A stretch of 64,000 nt of DNA from Auanema rhodensis (Eukaryota; Animalia; Nematoda). This document shows, in pieces, positions 42,301-56,509 of the stretch. The DNA lies in contig OZ059894.1 of NCBI GenBank assembly GCA_964057225.1, positions 21,266,001-21,330,000 of the forward strand, given 5' to 3'. The position numbers and the translations under genes were made by a program. Position 1 is the first letter of the stretch. The number at the start of each line of letters is the position of its first letter. The notes under the pieces are model-generated. The model saw nothing but the letters and a program-made list of their open reading frames with translations. It searched no databases and was not told the origin of the DNA.

Positions 42301-45300
42301 CGATGGACAATGTTATTCAACGAAAAAATTAATTCTTCAGGGTGAAAATCGAGGATATAAGTGTGAACTTATATCAGTTGATATCTCGGTGCATTTTTAA
42401 GCTAGCGCAAATCTGATAACACAGATCGACGCAGCTTAAAAATCCGCATCGAATGCACTTTACTACATTGAGAAACGTTTGATACAAAAATTAGTTATGA
42501 TCGTTTGAAAAATGATGCATTAGTGTATGTTGAGTTTCCATGTACACTCAACATTGCTTCCAAAAACATTTTGACAAAAATTTTTTCGAAAAATTTCAAA
42601 ATAATTTAGCAAAAAGTAGATGTTTTTAGATTTCTTTTTTCAAGGCAAAGATGATGGACAATGTTATTCAACGAAAAAATTAATTCTTCAGGGTGAAAAT
42701 CGAGGATATAAGTGTAAACTTATATCAGTTGATATCTCGGTGCATTTTTAAGCTAGCGCAAATCTGATAACACAGATCGACGCAGCTTAAAAATCCGCAT
42801 CGAATGCACTATACTACATTGAGAAACGCTTAATACAAAAATTAGTTATGATCGTTTGAAAAATGATGCATTAGTGTATGTTGAGTTTCCATGTACACTC
42901 AACATTGCTTCCAAAAACATTTTGATAAAAATTTTTTCGAAAAATTTCAGAATAATTCAGCAAAAAGTAGATGTTTTTAGATTCCTTTTTCCAAGGCAAA
43001 GACGATGGACAATGTTATTCAACGAAAAAATTAATTCTTCAGGGTGAAAATCGAGGATATAAGTGTGAACTTATATCAGTTGATATCTCGGTGCATTTTT
43101 AAGCTAGCGCAAATCTGATAACACAGATCGACGCAGCTTAAAAATCCGCATCGAATGCACTATACTACATTGAGAAACGTTTGATACAAAAATTAGTTAT
43201 GATCGTTTGAAAAATGATGCATTAGTGTATGTTGAGTTTCCATGTACACTCAACATTGCTTCCAAAAACATTTTGACAAAAATTTTTTCGAAAAATTTCA
43301 AAATAATTTAGCAAAAAGTAGATGTTTTTAGATTTCTTTTTTCAAGGCAAAGACGATGGACAATGTTATTCAACGAAAAAATTAATTCTTCAGGGTGAAA
43401 ATCGAGGATATAAGTGTGAACATATATCAGTTGATATCTCGGTGCATTTTTAAGCTAGCGCAAATCGGATAACACAGATCGACGCAGCTTAAAAATCCGC
43501 ATCGAATGCACTATACTACATCAAGAAACTTTTAATACACAAATTAGTTATGATCGTTTGAAAAATGATGCATTAGTGTATGTTGAGTTTCCATGTACAC
43601 TCAACATTGCTTCCAAAAACATTTTGACAAAAATTTTTTCGAAAAATTTCAAAATAATTTAGCAAAAAGTAGATGTTTTTAGATTCCTTTTTTTAAGGCA
43701 AAGACGATGGACAATGTTATTCAACGAAAAAATTAATTCTTCAGGGTGAAAATCGAGGATATAAGTGTGAACTTATATCAGTTGATATCTCGGTGCATTT
43801 TTAAGCTAGCGCAAATCTGATAACACAGATCGACGCAGCTTAAAAATCCGCATCGAATGCACTATACTACATCAAGAAACTTTTAATACACAAATTAGTT
43901 ATGATCGTTTGAAAAATGATGCATTAGTGTATGTTGAGTTTCCATGTACACTCAACATTGCTTCCAAAAACATTTTGACAAAAATTTTTTCGAAAAATTT
44001 CAGAATAATTTAGCAAAAAGTAGATGTTTTTAGATTTCTTTTTTCAAGGCAAAGACGATGGACAATGTTATTCAACGAAAAAATTAATTCTTCAGGGTGA
44101 AAATCGAGGATATAAGTGTAAACTTATATCAGTTGATATCTCGGTGCATTTTTAAGCTAGCGCAAATCTGATAACACAGATCGACGCAGCTTAAAAATCC
44201 GCATCGAATGCACTATACTACATTGAGAAACGCTTAATACAAAAATTAGTTATGATCGTTTGAAAAATGATGCATTAGTGTATGTTGAGTTTCCATGTAC
44301 ACTCAACATTGCTTCCAAAAACATTTTGACAAAAATTTTTTCGAAAAATTTCAAAATAATTTAGCAAAAAGTAGATGTTTTTAGATTCCATTTTTCAAGG
44401 CAAAGACGATGGACAATGTTATTCAACGAAAAAATTAATTCTTCAGGGTGAAAATCGAGGATATAAGTGTGAACTTATATCAGTTGATATCTCGGTGCAT
44501 TTTTAAGCTAGCGCAAATCTGATAACACAGATCGACGCAGCTTAAAAATCCGCATCGAATGCACTTTACTACATCGAGAAACGCTTGATACAAAAATTAG
44601 TTATGATCGTTTGAAAAATGATGCATTAGTGTATGTTGAGTTTCCATGTACACTCAACATTGCTTCCAAAAACATTTTGACAAAAATTTTTTCGAAAAAT
44701 TTCAAAATAATTTAGCAAAAAGTAGATGTTTTTAGACTCCATTTTTCAAGGCAAAGACGATAGACAATGTTATTCAACGAAAAAATTAATTCTTCAGGGT
44801 GAAAATCGAGGATATAAGTGTGAACTTATATCAGTTGATATCTCGGTGCATTTTTAAGCTAGCGCAAATCTGATAACACAGATCGACGCAGCTTAAAAAT
44901 CTGCATCGAATGCACTATACTACATTGAGAAACGCTTAATACACAAATTAGTTATGATCGTTTGAAAAATGATGCATTAGTGTATGTTGAGTTTCCATGT
45001 ACACTCAACATTGCTTCCAAAAACATTTTGACAAAAATTTTTTCGAAAAATTTCAAAATAATTTAGCAAAAAGTAGATGTTTTTAGATTTCTTTTTTCAA
45101 GGCAAAGACGATGGACAATGCTATTCAACGAAAAAATTAATTCTTCAGGGTGAAAATCGAGGATATAAGTGTGAACTTATATCAGTTGATATCTCGGTGC
45201 ATTTTTAAGCTAGCGCAAATCTGATAACACAGATCGACGCAGCTTAAAAATCCGCATCGAATGCACTATACTACATTGAGAAACGCTTGATACAAAAATT

Positions 45301-48300
45301 AGTTATGATCGTTTGAAAAATGATGCATTAGTGTATGTTGAGTTTCCATGTACACTCAACATTGCTTCCAAAAACATTTTGACAAAAATTTTTTCGAAAA
45401 ATTTCAAAATAATTTAGCAAAAAGTAGATGTTTTTAGATTCCTTTTTTAAAGCAAAGACGATGGACAGGTTTTCAACGAAAAAATTAATTCTTCAGGGTG
45501 AAAATCGAGGATATAAGTGTGAACTTATATCAGTTGATGTCTCGGTGCATTTTTAAGTTAGCGCAAATCTGATAACACAGATCGACGCAGCTTAAAAATT
45601 CGCATCGAATGCACTATACTACATTGCGAAACGCTTAATACAAAAATTAGTTATGATCGTTTGAAAAATGATGCATTAGTGTATGTTGAGTTTCCATGTA
45701 CACTCAACATTGCTTCCAAAAACATTTTGACAAAAATTTTTTCGAAAAATTTCAAAATAATTTAGCAAAAAGTAGATGTTTTTAGATTCCATTTTTCAAG
45801 GCAAAGACGATAGACAATGTTATTCAACGAAAAAATTAATTCTTCAGGGTGAAAATCGAGGATATAAGTGTGAACTTATATCAGTTGATATCTCGGTGCA
45901 TTTTTAAGCTAGCGCAAATCTGATAACACAGATCGACGCAGCTTAAAAATCCGCATCGAATGCACTATACTACATTGAGAAACGCTTAATACACAAATTA
46001 GTTATGATCGTTTGAAAAATGATGCATTAGTGTATGTTGAGTTTCCATGTACACTCAATATTGCTTCCAAAAACATTTTGACAAAAATTTTTTCGAAAAA
46101 TTTCAAAATAATTTAGCAAAAAGTAGATGTTTTTAGATTTCTTTTTTCAAGGCAAAGACGATGGACAATGCTATTCAACGAAAAAATTAATTCTTCAGGG
46201 TGAAAATCGAGGATATAAGTGTGAACTTATATCAGTTGATATCTCGGTGCATTTTTAAGCTAGCGCAAATCTGATAACACAGATCGACGCAGCTTAAAAA
46301 TCCGCATCGAATGCACTATACTACATTGAGAAACGCTTGATACAAAAATTAGTTATGATCGTTTGAAAAATGATGCATTAGTGTATGTTGAGTTTCCATG
46401 TACACTCAACATTGCTTCCAAAAACATTTTGACAAAAATTTTTTCGAAAAATTTCAAAATAATTTAGCAAAAAGTAGATGTTTTTAGATTCCTTTTTTTA
46501 AATCAAAGACGATGGACAATGTTATTCAACGAAAAAATTAATTCTTCAGGGTGAAAATCGAGGATATAAGTGTGAACTTATATCAGTTGATGTCTCGGTG
46601 CATTTTTAAGCTAGCGCAAATCTGATAACACAGATCGACGCAGCTTAAAAATCCGCATCGAATGCACTATACTACATTGAGAAACGCTTAATACAAAAAT
46701 TAGTTATGATCGTTTGAAAAATGATGCATTAGTGTATGTTGAGTTTCCATGTACACTCAACATTGCTTCCAAAAACATTTTGACAAAAATTTTTTCGAAA
46801 AATTTCAAAATAATTTAGCAAAAAGTAGATGTTTTTAGATTCCTTTTTTTAAATCAAAGACGATGGACAATGTTATTCAACGAAAAAATTAATTCTTCAG
46901 GGTGAAAATCGAGGATATAAGTGTGAACTTATATCAGTTGATGTCTCGGTGCATTTTTAAGTTAGCGCAAATCTGATAACACAGATCGACGCAGCTTAAA
47001 AATCCGCATCGAATGCACTATACTACATTGAGAAACGCTTAATACAAAAATTAGTTATGATCGTTTGAAAAATGATGCATTAGTGTATGTTGAGTTTCCA
47101 TGTACACTCAACATTGCTTCCAAAAACATTTTGACAAAAATTTTTTCGAAAAATTTCAAGATAATTTAGCAAAAAGTAGATGTTTTTAGATTCCATTTTT
47201 CAAGGCAAAGACGATGGACAATGTTATTCAACGAAAAAATTAATTCTTCAGGGTGAAAATCGAGGATATAAGTGTGAACTTATATCAGTTGATATCTCGG
47301 TGCATTTTTAAGCTAGCGCAAATCTGATAACACAGATCGACGCAGCTTAAAAATCCGCATCGAATGCACTATACTACATCGAGAAACGCTTGATACAAAA
47401 ATTAGTTATGATCGTTTGAAAAATGATGCATTAGTGTATGTTGAGTTTCCATGTACACTCAACATTGCTTCCAAAAACATTTTGACAAAAGTTTTTCGAA
47501 AAATTTCAAGATAATTTAGCAAAAAGTAGATGTTTTTAGATTCCATTTTTCAAGGCAAAGACGATGGACAATGTTATTCAACGAAAAAATTAATTCTTCA
47601 GGGTGAAAATCGAGGATATAAGTGTGAACTTATATCAGTTGATATCTCGGTGCATTTTTAAGCTAGCGCAAATCTGATAACACAGATCGACGCAGCTTAA
47701 AAATCCGCATCGAATGCACTATACTACATCGAGAAACGCTTGATACAAAAATTAGTTATGATCGTTTGAAAAATGATGCATTAGTGTATGTTGAGTTTCC
47801 ATGTACACTCAACATTGCTTCCAAAAACATTTTGACAAAAATTTTTTCGAAAAATTTCAAAATAATTTAGCAAAAAGTAGATGTTTTTAGATTTCATTTT
47901 TCAAGGGAAAGACGATAGACAATGTTATTCAACGAAAAAATTAATTCTTCAGGGTGAAAATCGAGGATATAAGTGTGAACTTATATCAGTTGATATCTCG
48001 GTGCATTTTTAAGCTAGCGCAAATCTGATAACACAGATCGACGCAGCTTAAAAATCCGCATCGAATGCACTATACTACATTGAGAAACGCTTGATACAAA
48101 AATTAGTTATGATTGTTTGAAAAATGATGCATTAGTGTATGTTGAGTTTCCATGTACACTCAACATTGCTTCCAAAAACATTTTGACAAAAATTTTTTCG
48201 AAAAATTTCAAAATAATTTAGCAAAAAGTAGATGTTTTTAGATTCCATTTTTCAAGGCAAAGACGATAGACAATGTTATTCAACGAAAAAATTAATTCTT

Positions 48301-51300
48301 CAGGGTGAAAATCGAGGATATAAGTGTGAACTTATATCAGTTGATATCTCGGTGCATTTTTAAGCTAGCGCAAATCTGATAACACAGATCGACGCAGCTT
48401 AAAAATCCGCATCGAATGCACTATACTACATCAAGAAACGCTTGATACAAAAATTAGTTATGATCGTTTGAAAAATGATGCATTAGTGTATGTTGAGTTT
48501 CCATGTACACTCAACATTGCTTCCAAAAACATTTTGACAAAAATTTTTTCGAAAAATTTCAAAATAATTTAGCAAAAAGTAGATGTTTTTAGATTTCATT
48601 TTTCAAGGGAAAGACGATAGACAATGTTATTCAACGAAAAAATTAATTCTTCAGGGTGAAAATCGAGGATATAAGTGTGAACTTATATCAGTTGATATCT
48701 CGGTGCATTTTTAAGCTAGCGCAAATCTGATAACACAGATCGACGCAGCTTAAAAATCCGCATCGAATGCACTATACTACATTGAGAAACGCTTGATACA
48801 AAAATTAGTTATGATTGTTTGAAAAATGATGCATTAGTGTATGTTGAGTTTCCATGTACACTCAACATTGCTTCCAAAAACATTTTGACAAAAATTTTTT
48901 CGAAAAATTTCAAAATAATTTAGCAAAAAGTAGATGTTTTTAGATTCCATTTTTCAAGGCAAAGACGATAGACAATGTTATTCAACGAAAAAATTAATTC
49001 TTCAGGGTGAAAATCGAGGATATAAGTGTGAACTTATATCAGTTGATATCTCGGTGCATTTTTAAGCTAGCGCAAATCTGATAACACAGATCGACGCAGC
49101 TTAAAAATCCGCATCGAATGCACTATACTACATCAAGAAACGCTTGATACAAAAATTAGTTATGATCGTTTGAAAAATGATGCATTAGTGTATGTTGAGT
49201 TTCCATGTACACTCAACATTGCTTCCAAAAACATTTTGACAAAAATTTTTTCGAAAAATTTCAAAATAATTTAGCAAAAAGTAGATGTTTTTTAGATTCC
49301 ATTTTTCAAGGCAAAGACGATAGACAATGTTATTCAACGAAAAAATTAATTCTTCAGGGTGAAAATCGAGGATATAAGTGTGAACTTGTATCAGTTGATA
49401 TCTCGGTGCATTTTTAAGCTAGCGCAAATCTGATAACACAGATCGACGCAGCTTAAAAATCCGCATCGAATGCACTATACTACATTGAGAAACGCTTAAT
49501 ACACAAATTAGTTATGATCGTTTGAAAAATGATGCATTAGTGTATGTTGAGTTTCCATGTACACTCAATATTGCTTCCAAAAACATTTTGACAAAAATTT
49601 TTTCGAAAAATTTCAAAATAATTTAGCAAAAAGTAGATGTTTTTAGATTTCTTTTTTCAAGGCAAAGACGATGGACAATGCTATTCAACGAAAAAATTAA
49701 TTCTTCAGGGTGAAAATCGAGGATATAAGTGTGAACTTATATCAGTTGATATCTCGGTGCATTTTTAAGCTAGCGCAAATCTGATAACACAGATCGACGC
49801 AGCTTAAAAATCCGCATCGAATGCACTATACTACATTGAGAAACGCTTAATACACAAATTAGTTATGATCGTTTGAAAAATGATGCATTAGTGTATGTTG
49901 AGTTTCCATGTACACTCAATATTGCTTCCAAAAACATTTTGACAAAAATTTTTTCGAAAAATTTCAAAATAATTTAGCAAAAAGTAGATGTTTTTAGATT
50001 CCTTTTTTTAAATCAAAGACGATGGACAATGTTATTCAACGAAAAAATTAATTCTTCAGGGTGAAAATCGAGGATATAAGTGTGAACTTATATCAGTTGA
50101 TATCTCGGTGCATTTTTAAGCTAGCGCAAATCTGATAACACAGATCGACGCAGCTTAAAAATCCGCATCGAATGCACTATACTACATCGAGAAACGCTTG
50201 ATACAAAAATTAGTTATGATCGTTTGAAAAATGATGCATTAGTGTATGTTGAGTTTCCATGTACACTCAACATTGCTTCCAAAAACATTTTGACAAAAAT
50301 TTTTTCGAAAAATTTCAAAATAATTTAGCAAAAAGTAGATGTTTTTAGATTCCATTTTTCAAGGGAAAGACGATAGACAATGTTATTCAACGAAAAAATT
50401 AATTCTTCAGGGTGAAAATCGAGGATATAAGTGTGAACTTATATCAGTTGATATCTCGGTGCATTTTTAAGCTAGCGCAAATCTGATAACACAGATCGAC
50501 GCAGCTTAAAAATCCGCATCGAATGCACTATACTACATCAAGAAACGCTTGATACAAAAATTAGTTATGATCGTTTGAAAAATGATGCATTAGTGTATGT
50601 TGAGTTTCCATGTACACTCAACATTGCTTCCAAAAACATTTTGACAAAAATTTTTTCGAAAAATTTCAAAATAATTTAGCAAAAAGTAGATGTTTTTTAG
50701 ATTCCATTTTTCAAGGCAAAGACGATAGACAATGTTATTCAACGAAAAAATTAATTCTTCAGGGTGAAAATCGAGGATATAAGTGTGAACTTGTATCAGT
50801 TGATATCTCGGTGCATTTTTAAGCTAGCGCAAATCTGATAACACAGATCGACGCAGCTTAAAAATCCGCATCGAATGCACTATACTACATTGAGAAACGC
50901 TTAATACACAAATTAGTTATGATCGTTTGAAAAATGATGCATTAGTGTATGTTGAGTTTCCATGTACACTCAATATTGCTTCCAAAAACATTTTGACAAA
51001 AATTTTTTCGAAAAATTTCAAAATAATTTAGCAAAAAGTAGATGTTTTTAGATTTCTTTTTTCAAGGCAAAGACGATGGACAATGCTATTCAACGAAAAA
51101 ATTAATTCTTCAGGGTGAAAATCGAGGATATAAGTGTGAACTTATATCAGTTGATATCTCGGTGCATTTTTAAGCTAGCGCAAATCTGATAACACAGATC
51201 GACGCAGCTTAAAAATCCGCATCGAATGCACTATACTACATTGAGAAACGCTTAATACACAAATTAGTTATGATCGTTTGAAAAATGATGCATTAGTGTA

Positions 51301-52297
51301 TGTTGAGTTTCCATGTACACTCAATATTGCTTCCAAAAACATTTTGACAAAAATTTTTTCGAAAAATTTCAAAATAATTTAGCAAAAAGTAGATGTTTTT
51401 AGATTCCTTTTTTTAAATCAAAGACGATGGACAATGTTATTCAACGAAAAAATTAATTCTTCAGGGTGAAAATCGAGGATATAAGTGTGAACTTATATCA
51501 GTTGATGTCTCGGTGCATTTTTAAGCTAGCGCAAATCTGATAACACAGATCGACGCAGCTTAAAAATCCGCATCGAATGCACTATACTACATTGAGAAAC
51601 GCTTAATACACAAATTAGTTATGATCGTTTGAAAAATGATGCATTAGTGTATGTTGAGTTTCCATGTACACTCAATATTGCTTCCAAAAACATTTTGACA
51701 AAAATTTTTTCGAAAAATTTCAAAATAATTTAGCAAAAAGTAGATGTTTTTAGATTCCTTTTTTTAAATCAAAGACGATGGACAATGTTATTCAACGAAA
51801 AAATTAATTCTTCAGGGTGAAAATCGAGGATATAAGTGTGAACTTATATCAGTTGATGTCTCGGTGCATTTTTAAGCTAGCGCAAATCTGATAACACAGA
51901 TCGACGCAGCTTAAAAATCCGCATCGAATGCACTATACTACATTGAGAAACGCTTAATACAAAAATTAGTTATGATCGTTTGAAAAATGATGCATTAGTG
52001 TATGTTGAGTTTCCATGTACACTCAACATTGCTTCCAAAAACATTTTGACAAAAATTTTTTCGAAAAATTTCAAGATAATTTAGCAAAAAGTAGATGTTT
52101 TTAGATTCCATTTTTCAAGGCAAAGACGATGGACAATGTTATTCAACGAAAAAATTAATTCTTCAGGGTGAAAATCGAGGATATAAGTGTGAACTTATAT
52201 CAGTTGATATCTCGGTGCATTTTTAAGCTAGCGCAAATCTGATAACACAGATCGACGCAGCTTAAAAATCCGCATCGAATGCACTATACTACATCGA

Positions 52298-55200
52298 GAA
52301 ACGCTTGATACAAAAATTAGTTATGATCGTTTGAAAAATGATGCATTAGTGTATGTTGAGTTTCCATGTACACTCAACATTGCTTCCAAAAACATTTTGA
52401 CAAAAGTTTTTCGAAAAATTTCAAGATAATTTAGCAAAAAGTAGATGTTTTTAGATTCCATTTTTCAAGGCAAAGACGATGGACAATGTTATTCAACGAA
52501 AAAATTAATTCTTCAGGGTGAAAATCGAGGATATAAGTGTGAACTTATATCAGTTGATATCTCGGTGCATTTTTAAGCTAGCGCAAATCTGATAACACAG
52601 ATCGACGCAGCTTAAAAATCCGCATCGAATGCACTATACTACATCGAGAAACGCTTGATACAAAAATTAGTTATGATCGTTTGAAAAATGATGCATTAGT
52701 GTATGTTGAGTTTCCATGTACACTCAACATTGCTTCCAAAAACATTTTGACAAAAATTTTTTCGAAAAATTTCAAAATAATTTAGCAAAAAGTAGATGTT
52801 TTTAGATTCCATTTTTCAAGGGAAAGACGATAGACAATGTTATTCAACGAAAAAATTAATTCTTCAGGGTGAAAATCGAGGATATAAGTGTGAACTTATA
52901 TCAGTTGATATCTCGGTGCATTTTTAAGCTAGCGCAAATCTGATAACACAGATCGACGCAGCTTAAAAATCCGCATCGAATGCACTATACTACATCAAAA
53001 AACGCTTGATACAAAAATTAGTTATGATCGTTTGAAAAATGATGCATTAGTGTATGTTGAGTTTCCATGTACACTCAACATTGCTTCCAAAAACATTTTG
53101 ACAAAAATTTTTTCGAAAAATTTCAAAATAATTTAGCAAAAAGTAGATGTTTTTAGATTCCATTTTTCAAGGGAAAGACGATAGACAATGTTATTCAACG
53201 AAAAAATTAATTCTTCAGGGTGAAAATCGAGGATATAAGTGTGAACTTATATCAGTTGATATCTCGGTGCATTTTTAAGCTAGCGCAAATCTGATAACAC
53301 AGATCGACGCAGCTTAAAAATCCGCATCGAATGCACTATACTACATCAAGAAACGCTTGATACAAAAATTAGTTATGATCGTTTGAAAAATGATGCATTA
53401 GTGTATGTTGAGTTTCCATGTACACTCAACATTGCTTCCAAAAACATTTTGACAAAAATTTTTTCGAAAAATTTCAAAATAATTTAGCAAAAAGTAGATG
53501 TTTTTTAGATTCCATTTTTCAAGGCAAAGACGATAGACAATGTTATTCAACGAAAAAATTAATTCTTCAGGGTGAAAATCGAGGATATAAGTGTGAACTT
53601 GTATCAGTTGATATCTCGGTGCATTTTTAAGCTAGCGCAAATCTGATAACACAGATCGACGCAGCTTAAAAATCCGCATCGAATGCACTATACTACATTG
53701 AGAAACGCTTAATACACAAATTAGTTATGATCGTTTGAAAAATGATGCATTAGTGTATGTTGAGTTTCCATGTACACTCAATATTGCTTCCAAAAACATT
53801 TTGACAAAAATTTTTTCGAAAAATTTCAAAATAATTTAGCAAAAAGTAGATGTTTTTAGATTCCTTTTTTTAAATCAAAGACGATGGACAATGTTATTCA
53901 ACGAAAAAATTAATTCTTCAGGGTGAAAATCGAGGATATAAGTGTGAACTTATATCAGTTGATGTCTCGGTGCATTTTTAAGCTAGCGCAAATCTGATAA
54001 CACAGATCGACGCAGCTTAAAAATCCGCATCGAATGCACTATACTACATTGAGAAACGCTTAATACAAAAATTAGTTATGATCGTTTGAAAAATGATGCA
54101 TTAGTGTATGTTGAGTTTCCATGTACACTCAACATTGCTTCCAAAAACATTTTGACAAAAATTTTTTCGAAAAATTTCAAGATAATTTAGCAAAAAGTAG
54201 ATGTTTTTAGATTCCATTTTTCAAGGCAAAGACGATGGACAATGTTATTCAACGAAAAAATTAATTCTTCAGGGTGAAAATCGAGGATATAAGTGTGAAC
54301 TTATATCAGTTGATATCTCGGTGCATTTTTAAGCTAGCGCAAATCTGATAACACAGATCGACGCAGCTTAAAAATCCGCATCGAATGCACTATACTACAT
54401 CGAGAAACGCTTGATACAAAAATTAGTTATGATCGTTTGAAAAATGATGCATTAGTGTATGTTGAGTTTCCATGTACACTCAACATTGCTTCCAAAAACA
54501 TTTTGACAAAAGTTTTTCGAAAAATTTCAAGATAATTTAGCAAAAAGTAGATGTTTTTAGATTCCATTTTTCAAGGCAAAGACGATGGACAATGTTATTC
54601 AACGAAAAAATTAATTCTTCAGGGTGAAAATCGAGGATATAAGTGTGAACTTATATCAGTTGATATCTCGGTGCATTTTTAAGCTAGCGCAAATCTGATA
54701 ACACAGATCGACGCAGCTTAAAAATCCGCATCGAATGCACTATACTACATCGAGAAACGCTTGATACAAAAATTAGTTATGATCGTTTGAAAAATGATGC
54801 ATTAGTGTATGTTGAGTTTCCATGTACACTCAACATTGCTTCCAAAAACATTTTGACAAAAATTTTTTCGAAAAATTTCAAAATAATTTAGCAAAAAGTA
54901 GATGTTTTTAGATTCCATTTTTCAAGGGAAAGACGATAGACAATGTTATTCAACGAAAAAATTAATTCTTCAGGGTGAAAATCGAGGATATAAGTGTGAA
55001 CTTATATCAGTTGATATCTCGGTGCATTTTTAAGCTAGCGCAAATCTGATAACACAGATCGACGCAGCTTAAAAATCCGCATCGAATGCACTATACTACA
55101 TTGAGAAACGCTTGATACAAAAATTAGTTATGATTGTTTGAAAAATGATGCATTAGTGTATGTTGAGTTTCCATGTACACTCAACATTGCTTCCAAAAAC

Positions 55201-56509
55201 ATTTTGACAAAAATTTTTTCGAAAAATTTCAAAATAATTTAGCAAAAAGTAGATGTTTTTAGATTCCATTTTTCAAGGCAAAGACGATAGACAATGTTAT
55301 TCAACGAAAAAATTAATTCTTCAGGGTGAAAATCGAGGATATAAGTGTGAACTTATATCAGTTGATATCTCGGTGCATTTTTAAGCTAGCGCAAATCTGA
55401 TAACACAGATCGACGCAGCTTAAAAATCCGCATCGAATGCACTATACTACATCAAGAAACGCTTGATACAAAAATTAGTTATGATCGTTTGAAAAATGAT
55501 GCATTAGTGTATGTTGAGTTTCCATGTACACTCAACATTGCTTCCAAAAACATTTTGACAAAAATTTTTTCGAAAAATTTCAAAATAATTTAGCAAAAAG
55601 TAGATGTTTTTTAGATTCCATTTTTCAAGGCAAAGACGATAGACAATGTTATTCAACGAAAAAATTAATTCTTCAGGGTGAAAATCGAGGATATAAGTGT
55701 GAACTTGTATCAGTTGATATCTCGGTGCATTTTTAAGCTAGCGCAAATCTGATAACACAGATCGACGCAGCTTAAAAATCCGCATCGAATGCACTATACT
55801 ACATCAAGAAACGCTTGATACAAAAATTAGTTATGATCGTTTGAAAAATGATGCATTAGTGTATGTTGAGTTTCCATGTACACTCAACATTGCTTCCAAA
55901 AACATTTTGACAAAAATTTTTTCGAAAAATTTCAAAATAATTTAGCAAAAAGTAGATGTTTTCAGATTCCTTTTTTTAAGGCAAAGACGATGGACAATGT
56001 TATTCAACGAAAAAATTAATTCTTCAGGGTGAAAATCGAGGATATAAGTGTGAACTTATATCAGTTGATATCTCGGTGCATTTTTAAGCTAGCGCAAATC
56101 TGATAACACAGATCGACGCAGCTTAAAAATCCGCATCGAATGCACTATACTACATCGAGAAACGCTTGATACAAAAATTAGTTATGATCGTTTGAAAAAT
56201 GATGCATTAGTGTATGTTGAGTTTCCATGTACACTCAACATTGCTTCCAAAAACATTTTGACAAAAATTTTTTCGAAAAATTTCAAGATAATTTAGCAAA
56301 AAGTAGATGTTTTTAGATTCCATTTTTCAAGGCAAAGACGATAGACAATGTTATTCAACGAAAAAATTAATTCTTCAGGGTGAAAATCGAGGATATAAGT
56401 GTGAACTTATATCAGTTGATATCTCGGTGCATTTTTAAGCTAGCGCAAATCTGATAACACAGATCGACGCAGCTTAAAAATCCGCATCGAATGCACTATA
56501 CTACATTGA
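52298..56509. repeat. Two consecutive copies of a 6-monomer higher-order repeat (2106 bp)
   Basis: The deletion marker lies at 52406, 54512 and 56618 (2106 apart) and the insertion-marker ORFs start at 53418 and 55524 (2106 apart). The order of monomer types is similar in both copies. Confidence 0.75.

Larger units (their letters stand above)
1..44226. repeat. Sub-array domain A (monomers 1-126, all exactly 351 bp)
   Basis: Diagnostic variants: CAGAATAATTCAG (m128G+m136C), TTCCAAGG, GTGTAAAC (m245A), ACGTTTGATAC, GAACATAT (m249A), ATCGGATA (m294G), ATCAAGAAACTTTTAA. I did not see them in monomers after 44226. Confidence 0.9.

Noticed and set aside
736-43047. 39 copies of a 63-aa ORF (MKNDALVYVEF...)
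   Set aside because: It starts at TTG and is open only in monomers where T136C converts TAG to CAG. The K/F/I/N-rich sequence mirrors the A/T tracts and has no recognisable domain. It is useful only as a haplotype marker. A phase-variation-like switch was considered but has no support.
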